From the NCBI GenBank assembly GCA_046485045.1, contig JAWOHT010000273.1:648-64647 (forward strand): 64,000 nucleotides of DNA. The letters run 5' to 3'. The notes under the pieces are model-generated. The model worked only from the letters and a program-made list of their open reading frames with translations. It did no database searches and was not told the origin of the DNA. Shown here piece after piece: positions 57,674 through 64,000 of this stretch. The stretch is from Bacteroidales bacterium (GTDB lineage: Bacteria > Bacteroidota > Bacteroidia > Bacteroidales > UBA10428). Positions within the stretch are counted from its first letter, which is position 1; each line of letters opens with the position of its first letter. The translations under genes were made by a program, and so were the position numbers.

Positions 57674-57708
57674 AAAAAAAGCTAAGCAAGAGTTTTCTCT
57701 TGCTTAGC
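57674..57708 (-). terminator. rho-independent terminator of lysS
   Basis: GCTAAGCAAGAG-aaaa-CTCTTGCTTAGC forms a 12-bp stem and is followed by T7 on the - strand. Confidence 0.85.
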
Positions 57709-57810
57709 GGGCGTCAATTAATTAATAATTTAAAATTTTTAAAGGCATGTAAAAATATGACTTTTTATTATGAATAACAAATTTATTTATAACAGTTATA
57801 AATTACCTTG

Positions 57811-59535
57811 TTATTCTATCCATCTTTTAACATCGTCTATAGATGGATTGTTCAGTCCGAGTTTGTTTTTTTTATTAAACCCGCAAAGGTCCTGGTGAAG
57901 TTTGCCGTGTTTTTCTACCGACTTTATTTTTCTTATTGTTGTAAAACCCAGTTTATGCAATACTTCAATCCACTCTTCAGGAATTCCCGTTTCAATGAAT
58001 TTTTCTTTTGCATCTATCGTTTCTTTCTTCTCGGGTTTCATCTGGGGAAAGAACAGCACATCCTGAATACCCTGCTGGTTCGTCATCAGCATGGCCAGTC
58101 TGTCTATGCCTATGCCCATGCCCGAGGCAGGAGGCATACCATATTCAAGCGCCCTTACAAAATCGTAATCAATAAACATGGCCTCATTGTCGCCTTTCTC
58201 CGACAGCCTGAGCTGTTCCTGGAAACGTTCGAGCTGGTCTATGGGGTCGTTGAGTTCGGTGTAGGCATTGCATAGCTCTTTTCCGTTCACGATAAGCTCA
58301 AACCGCTCGGTAAGCAAAGGGTTATTGCGGTGCTTTTTACAGAGGGGCGACATTTCAACCGGGTAATCCATGATAAATGTAGGCTGTATAAGGAAGGGTT
58401 CGCATTTGTCGCCGAAAATGGCATCTATCAGTTTGCCTGTGCCCATGGTTTCATCCGACTCAATGTTAAGCTTTTTACACACTTCGCGCAGCTCTTTTTC
58501 ATCCATTCCCGAAATATCAATGCCGGTAAATTCTTTTATGGCACCGAGCATGGTCATTCGTTTAAAGGGCCGTTTAAAGTCAATAACTTTTTCACCATAC
58601 GATACCAGTGTTTTGCCGTGCAGGTCGATAGTTACTTTTTCGATCATCTCTTCGGTAAAATCCATCATCCAGAGGTAATCTTTGTAAGCGATGTATATCT
58701 CCATTACGGTGAACTCAGGGTTATGGGTACGGTCCATTCCTTCGTTCCTGAAATCTTTGGCGAATTCGTATACTCCTTCGAACCCGCCAACCAGCAGTCT
58801 TTTAAGGTAAAGCTCATTGGCAATCCTCAGGTACAGGTTGATGTCGAGGGTGTTGTGGTGTGTGATAAAAGGCCGTGCCGCAGCACCCCCGGGGAGGGGC
58901 TGAAGTATGGGGGTTTCAACTTCAAGGTAACCTCTTGAGTTAAAAAGTTCCCTCATAGAGTTGATCATTTTGGTGCGCCTGATAAAAATATCTTTGACAC
59001 CCGGGTTAACGGCAAGGTCTACATAGCGCTGCCTGTACCTGAATTCAGGATCGGTAACGGCATCGTAAACAGCGCCGTCTTTCTCTTTTACCACAGGCAA
59101 TGGTTTTACCGATTTGCTCAAAAGCACAAAATCTTTAACATGTATCGAGATTTCTCCCATTTGTGTCGTAAAAACAAATCCCTTCACACCAATAAAATCG
59201 CCTATATCGAGTAGTTTTTTAAAGATGACATTGTACCGTGATGTATCTTCGCCCACTGTAAAATCATCGCGTTTAAGGTACAACTGTATCTTTCCTTTTT
59301 CGTCCTGAAGCACGGCAAAGGAGGCGCTGCCCATGATGCGCTTTGACATGAGCCTTCCGGCAATATTCACATCCTGAAAATTATTTTTTTCGGGTGCATA
59401 ATCTGTTAGTATTTGTCGGGTATTCGCGTTAACATCAAATTGTTCGGCAGGGTAGGGGTTTATACCCATCTTGCGCAGCTCTTCAAGCGCTTCCCTTCTC
59501 AAAATCTCCTGTTCACTTAATTCAAAATTAGCCAT
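57811..59535 (-). CDS. lysS: lysine--tRNA ligase (class II) with a ~70-aa C-terminal extension
   Basis: OB-fold N-domain and class II motifs ([14 protein letters not shown]). The canonical end ...[10 protein letters not shown] is followed by 70 extra residues. Confidence 0.93.
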   Translation of the reverse strand: MANFELSEQEILRREALEELRKMGINPYPAEQFDVNANTRQILTDYAPEKNNFQDVNIAGRLMSKRIMGSASFAVLQDEKGKIQLYLKRDDFTVGEDTSRYNVIFKKLLDIGDFIGVKGFVFTTQMGEISIHVKDFVLLSKSVKPLPVVKEKDGAVYDAVTDPEFRYRQRYVDLAVNPGVKDIFIRRTKMINSMRELFNSRGYLEVETPILQPLPGGAAARPFITHHNTLDINLYLRIANELYLKRLLVGGFEGVYEFAKDFRNEGMDRTHNPEFTVMEIYIAYKDYLWMMDFTEEMIEKVTIDLHGKTLVSYGEKVIDFKRPFKRMTMLGAIKEFTGIDISGMDEKELREVCKKLNIESDETMGTGKLIDAIFGDKCEPFLIQPTFIMDYPVEMSPLCKKHRNNPLLTERFELIVNGKELCNAYTELNDPIDQLERFQEQLRLSEKGDNEAMFIDYDFVRALEYGMPPASGMGIGIDRLAMLMTNQQGIQDVLFFPQMKPEKKETIDAKEKFIETGIPEEWIEVLHKLGFTTIRKIKSVEKHGKLHQDLCGFNKKNKLGLNNPSIDDVKRWIE

Positions 59536-59644
59536 TAATGTGTTTTATAATTTTTGCAAATATAAAATAACTAATTCATATCAGGGATTGAAGTATAGAT
59601 TTTCACATACCTTTGTAAAATAAAATCAATATTTATACCGGCAC

Positions 59645-60493
59645 ATGGAAAAAACCCACAGATTGCCCCGATGGATGAAAATGAAAATGCCACTTGGTGA
59701 GAATTATTCAAGGGTGAAAAACATTGTAAATAAAAATCGTCTGCATACGATATGTACAAGCGGTAACTGCCCGAATATTGGTGATTGCTGGAGCAGGGGT
59801 ACGGCCACTTTCATGATTCTTGGCGATATTTGTACGCGTAGCTGCAAGTTTTGCGGGGTGAAAACCGGCAGGCCCCTGCCCCCCGATGAGGCCGAGCCGG
59901 AAAGGGTGGCGCAATCGGTAAAGCTGATGGGGTTAAAGCATTGTGTAATTACTTCGGTTGATCGTGACGATCTTACAGACGGGGGTGCAGGTATCTGGGC
60001 TGCTACCATTTCAAAGATCAAGGAGACATGCCCCGGAATTACTGTTGAGGCGCTTATCCCCGATTTCAGGGGTAATAGGGCTTTGCTCGACATGGTTATT
60101 GAAGCCGCCCCCGAAGTTATTTCACATAACCTTGAGACAGTTGAGAGGCTTACCCCTCTCATTCGCAGTGTAGCAAAATACGAGGTTAGCCTGCAGGTGC
60201 TCCGTTATATAGCAAATTCGGGATTAAAGGCCAAAACAGGGATAATGGTTGGACTGGGGGAAACCGAAGAGGAAATTTATAAAACGATGCAGGATGCTTA
60301 TGATACCGGTTGCCGGATTTTTACCATTGGCCAGTACCTTCAGCCTTCCTTTGGCCACATACCGGTAGCCGAATATATACCTCCCGAAAAGTATGATGAG
60401 TATAAAGAAAAAGGACTAAAGACAGGATTTATATTTGTTGAAAGCGCACCCCTGGTAAGATCATCTTATAACGCCGAAAAACATGTACCATAG
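59645..60493 (+). CDS. lipA: lipoyl synthase
   Basis: Auxiliary-cluster motif CTSGNCPNIGDC (CX4CX5C), radical-SAM motif CTRSCKFC (CX3CX2C), SVDRDDL, GLGET and the C-terminal VRSSY. Confidence 0.93.
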   Translation: MEKTHRLPRWMKMKMPLGENYSRVKNIVNKNRLHTICTSGNCPNIGDCWSRGTATFMILGDICTRSCKFCGVKTGRPLPPDEAEPERVAQSVKLMGLKHCVITSVDRDDLTDGGAGIWAATISKIKETCPGITVEALIPDFRGNRALLDMVIEAAPEVISHNLETVERLTPLIRSVAKYEVSLQVLRYIANSGLKAKTGIMVGLGETEEEIYKTMQDAYDTGCRIFTIGQYLQPSFGHIPVAEYIPPEKYDEYKEKGLKTGFIFVESAPLVRSSYNAEKHVP

Positions 60494-60562
60494 GTTTGGA
60501 TTTGTTTTTCTTTGAACCATTAGCCATCCTGAATGTTAAGCAGGCTGAAAACAATTACAGCT

Positions 60563-61417
60563 ATGCAACCATCGCACCCCCGGCTCCCACATTGGATGAA
60601 GACGCCGTTGCCAACGGGCAGGGCTTATTCCCGAACGAAAAATCTTGTGATAAAAGGAAAGCTCAACACCATTTGTGTAAGCGGAAACTGTCCAAATAAA
60701 GGCGAGTGCTGGAGTGCAGGTACAGCCACATTTATGATACTCGGTGATAAGTGTACGCGCGATTGTAAATTCTGCCAGGTAAACACTTTGAAACCCGATG
60801 ATTTAGATTACGATGAACCCCTGAGGCTCGCCAATACCATTAAGTTAATGAAACTTAAGCATTGCGTGATAACCTCTGTGGCACGTGATGAGCTGCCTGA
60901 TGGTGGTGCAGGAATATGGGAAACTACAATTAAAACCATAAAGGAGGTTAACCCGGGAATTACTATGGAGGTACTCATCCCTGATTTCAGGCGCGGTACC
61001 CGGGTTTTGGACATGATTGTTGACGCAGGGCCTGAAATAATATCACATAATATTGAAACGGTCAGAAGATTAAATCCGGTTATCAGAAGCATGTCGAGGT
61101 ACGAACACAGCCTTGAACTGCTTAAATATTTGTCTTCTAAGGGCGCCAGGGTCAAATCGGGTATGATGCTGGGATTAGGTGAGACCGCAAAAGAGGTCTG
61201 CCAGGCGATGGACGACCTCCTGAAATCAGGAGTAAAGGTATTAACCTTAGGCCAGTACCTGCAGCCTTCTGTAAGGCATATTAAAATGGTAGAGTTTATC
61301 CGGCCCGAAGTCTTTGATCTCTACCGCCAGAAAGGATTGATGAAAGGATTTGAGATTGTTGAAAGTGGCCCGAATGTCAGATCGTCTTATCATTCAGAAA
61401 GACATATGCAAAAATAA
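60563..61417 (+). CDS. lipoyl synthase paralog (divergent second copy)
   Basis: It has the same cysteine motifs (CVSGNCPNKGEC, CTRDCKFC) and VRSSY, but SVARDEL replaces SVDRDDL and QVNTLKP replaces GVKTGRP. By eye it is about 50-55 percent identical to the upstream copy. Start set at ATG 60563 by alignment with copy 1. Confidence 0.85.
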   Translation: MQPSHPRLPHWMKTPLPTGRAYSRTKNLVIKGKLNTICVSGNCPNKGECWSAGTATFMILGDKCTRDCKFCQVNTLKPDDLDYDEPLRLANTIKLMKLKHCVITSVARDELPDGGAGIWETTIKTIKEVNPGITMEVLIPDFRRGTRVLDMIVDAGPEIISHNIETVRRLNPVIRSMSRYEHSLELLKYLSSKGARVKSGMMLGLGETAKEVCQAMDDLLKSGVKVLTLGQYLQPSVRHIKMVEFIRPEVFDLYRQKGLMKGFEIVESGPNVRSSYHSERHMQK

Positions 61418-61498
61418 TCGTTACGGCAGCAGGCCTTAAGTCAAAAAAAGTGCTCTGCCAATAGCCGGGCAAATCATCTGTTACCTTGCTAACAATCG

Positions 61499-62068
61499 TT
61501 AATCTATTTTAACATGTCCCCAGTTTTCTCCACGCCTTATGCGGTTGAGTTGTGTATGGGTGATGCCGAATTCTTTGGCAATTTTATATAACGGGTTCTT
61601 TCCCCTTTTAAGTTTTTTCTTTAACCTTATCACCTCTGTTTCAGTAAGTTTTGCATTGGTTGCTTTTCCTTTTCTTCTGATTACGGCCTGAAAGTACAAT
61701 GGGCTCTTACGGCTGTGCTCGGTAACATCTGCGACAGATGCCCATTTAAGGTTCCGGTAATAATTGTTAGATTTATTGAAATCCAGATGGATTACACTGG
61801 TGTGTTTGTCTGAAGGTTTGTTGCAAAAGATTTCTGCCACCAGCACATGAACACTTTTGGTCCTGCGTACCTTCCAACTGACATCCGACTTAAAAGAATA
61901 ATACTGATATCCGTTTACATTCGCTGTTTTCATTAACTTCCAGCTCATGGTATCTTCTTTAAAAAGTCTGACCCTGCCATAATTGGAAATTTCATATTTT
62001 TCTTTTTCGTTTAGTCCTGCAAAACTTACAGGTTTCCAAACCTCGTCCCAAAATTCTTTTTCAGGCAT
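61499..62068 (-). mobile_element. free-standing NUMOD4 / HNH_3 homing-endonuclease-like protein with a C-terminal HTH
   Basis: The EVWKPV...YEISNYGRVR segment is NUMOD4-like. The VHVLVAEIF...VIHLDFNKSNNYYRNLKW segment is an HNH_3-like core. The C-terminal segment IAKEFGITHTQLNRIRRGENWGHV is an HTH. Confidence 0.7.
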
Positions 62069-62190
62069 AAAAACACTTTAACTATTAATAATTGGGAAAA
62101 TATTAACTTACTATAATGAATTAGCTTGATTACCAAAATTAGTTAATTTCAACCGAAACAAACAATAGATTTGACAGTCATTTGCAAAAC

Positions 62191-63603
62191 TTAACGAAAA
62201 TATTTTTCAGGGAAGTCTATCAGGAATACTTTTTCTGTCGAACGTGAAAGGGCTGTGTAAAGCCACTTGAGGTATTCGGTAGTAATCATATTTGCATTCA
62301 TATATCCCTGGTCAATATAAACATGTTTCCATTGGCCTCCCTGTGCTTTGTGGCATGTAACAGCGTATGCGAATTTTACCTGCAATGCATTGAAAAACGG
62401 ATTCTCTTTTACAAGAGTATAGCCTTTTTGCCTGGGTTTTATTTCAGCATAGTCTTCGTAAATTTTATAAAACAGCTCTTTGTTCTGCTCAGGAGACAAA
62501 GATGCGCTTTCTGCACTCAGCGTGTCAAGAATTATTTTACAATTTATTTCAATATCGTAATCGGTTAGCCGGGCTTTGATATCTGCAAACCTGAAACCGT
62601 AATTTTCTTCGTATTTATTAATTTTGATTATTTCGAGCATATCGCCGTTTGCTATATAACTAAGGTGTTCGTTTTCTTTAATCCAGTAATAATTATTTTT
62701 TACGGCCATTAAAATGTCGCCAGGGGCGAGTTCTGTTTCGCGGTAAAGTATTTTAGACCTAATGCCGGTATTGTACATGTTCGACCGTTTGTTCGACCGG
62801 TTAATAATGATAGTTTGTTCCGTTCCGGCCTGGCCATAAGATTTTTCAAGCTGTTCAATAAGCTCATTGCCCGAAATACTGTAAACATCCTCATATCCGG
62901 CAAGGTTGAATTCTGGAGTGGTTGCTTCTCCGGTATTAATTGCCATGCGCAGCCTGGTTGCATTCTCAAGAATTCCCGATTGTTGTTGCTGCCTTACCAC
63001 TTCTGTAAGTTCGCATTCATCGGCAGACACAGAGTAACCGGAGTAATAGCTTTTATCAAGGGCGGGGCTGCCTGCTGAGTTTACAGGCGGTAACTGGGCA
63101 GTGTCACCTGTAATTATCAGCTTGCAGCCCTTATTGTTATAAACATATTCCATCAAATCATCCAGCAGCCTGCCCGAACCGAAAACAGAACCTTCAGAAG
63201 GCTGGTTTGAGATCATAGATGCCTCGTCAACAATAAAAATAGTGTTGGTATGCAGGTTTTTTTCGAGAACAAACCTGCCAAACCCGTCTTTTGAGGATTT
63301 CTGACGGTAGATTTTTTTATGAATGGTACTGGCTGTCTTGCCCGAAAAGTGGCTGAACACTTTTGCTGCACGGCCTGTTGGCGCAAGCAGAACCGATTTC
63401 ATGCCAAATTCGTCGATGGTTTTTACAAGTGCGCTAATTGCTGTAGTCTTACCTGTGCCGGCATATCCTTTTATGATAAGAACGCATTGATTATCAGGAT
63501 TTATAATAAACTCAGAGAGCAGTTCTATAAGCTTGTTTTGCGAACGGGTTGGGGTATGTCCCAGGTATTGGATTAACTTTTCAGCAAGAAGATTTTTTAT
63601 CAT
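62191..63603 (-). CDS. RecD-like superfamily 1 DNA helicase
   Basis: Walker A GYAGTGKTT, Walker B FIVDEASM, and C-terminal motif VI YAVTCHKAQGGQW. The ORF-track start is TTG; an ATG lies at 63603. Confidence 0.85.
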   Translation of the reverse strand: MIKNLLAEKLIQYLGHTPTRSQNKLIELLSEFIINPDNQCVLIIKGYAGTGKTTAISALVKTIDEFGMKSVLLAPTGRAAKVFSHFSGKTASTIHKKIYRQKSSKDGFGRFVLEKNLHTNTIFIVDEASMISNQPSEGSVFGSGRLLDDLMEYVYNNKGCKLIITGDTAQLPPVNSAGSPALDKSYYSGYSVSADECELTEVVRQQQQSGILENATRLRMAINTGEATTPEFNLAGYEDVYSISGNELIEQLEKSYGQAGTEQTIIINRSNKRSNMYNTGIRSKILYRETELAPGDILMAVKNNYYWIKENEHLSYIANGDMLEIIKINKYEENYGFRFADIKARLTDYDIEINCKIILDTLSAESASLSPEQNKELFYKIYEDYAEIKPRQKGYTLVKENPFFNALQVKFAYAVTCHKAQGGQWKHVYIDQGYMNANMITTEYLKWLYTALSRSTEKVFLIDFPEKYFR

Positions 63604-63688
63604 TTCGAGGGAATATTTATGACACAAGGAAATTTAATCATATTTTTTTTTTAAATTCGCAACCAAAACAAAATCAAAGATATTTAAA

Positions 63689-64000
63689 ATGAAAAAAGTA
63701 ATTCAAATAATTCTGCTCATAGCCATCATTGTTTTAGGGTACTATGTATGGGAAAGTATTCAAAAGCCTATTCGTTTCAACCGTGAAGTAAAAGTGAGGG
63801 AAGATGCGGTTATTGCCAAACTTAAAGATATAAGGAAGGCACAGGTTGCATATAAAGATTTAAACGGAAAGTTTACCGGCAGCTTTGATACGCTTGTTCA
63901 TTTTGTAGAATATGACTCTTTTCCGATAACAGGGAAAGACTACCTGCCAGGGTGGGATCCTGATGAGTATACCGAAGAAGAGGGTATAAAAAGAGGATTT
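63689..64000 (+). CDS. hypothetical membrane-anchored protein (5' partial; runs off the window)
   Basis: The ATG at 63689 opens a frame to the window end. It begins MKKVIQIILLIAIIVLGYYVW, which reads as a signal-anchor. Confidence 0.5.
   Translation, partial: MKKVIQIILLIAIIVLGYYVWESIQKPIRFNREVKVREDAVIAKLKDIRKAQVAYKDLNGKFTGSFDTLVHFVEYDSFPITGKDYLPGWDPDEYTEEEGIKRGF

Noticed and set aside
57808-58938. Two long + strand ORFs (155 and 202 aa) antisense to lysS; similar shadow ORFs lie opposite uspA (29926-30417), lipA (59704-60162), murF (40615-41103) and porU
   Set aside because: All lie fully inside strongly supported genes on the other strand. Their translations have odd composition (Phe/Lys/Val-rich or Ser-rich) and no recognisable motifs.
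60496-60699. 67-aa ORF overlapping the start of the second lipA
   Set aside because: It lies out of frame with a strongly supported LipA paralog and has no motif support.

Overview
This window reads as a chromosomal, mostly housekeeping segment of a Bacteroidota genome. Three things support that placement. It carries type IX secretion and gliding genes (porU, porV, a PorP/SprF-family gene, gldJ, and a PorV/PorQ-family barrel). It has a short 286-aa RpoD and an adjacent parE-parC pair. Perfect TATATTTG (TAnnTTTG-type) -7 boxes sit 15-35 nt upstream of several start codons. I call about 55 CDS, including purE, hpt, adk, obg, pepT, lplA, plsC, hup, recA, rpoD, htrA, ispF, murF, nadD, gmk, pyk, lysS and two tandem lipA genes. 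I saw no rRNA, tRNA, CRISPR array, transposase or integrase. The only mobile-type gene is a free-standing NUMOD4/HNH endonuclease. The items most worth a second look are listed below.

- **Unassigned three-gene cassette (26.3-29.4 kb).** A cysteine-free ThiF/E1-like adenylyltransferase, an amidohydrolase and a divergent PaaK-like adenylate-forming enzyme are translationally coupled, with no visible substrate gene.
- **Partial SiaC-type signalling module (11.3-16.8 kb).** A DUF1987/SiaC-like protein lies divergent from a TPR-TM-SpoIIE/PP2C phosphatase and upstream of a 744-aa TPR protein. No kinase or output gene is visible.
- **Two slippage-prone tracts at one outer-membrane protein gene.** A (CTGCCC)n hexanucleotide microsatellite (a G-quadruplex motif on the transcribed strand) lies upstream of the PorV/PorQ-family gene, and a G8 homopolymer lies inside it.
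- **Tandem divergent lipA paralogs.**
- **Several long-range inverted repeats and shared 3'-flank motifs.**

All functional calls come from reading the translated ORFs and recognising motifs. No database search was possible.
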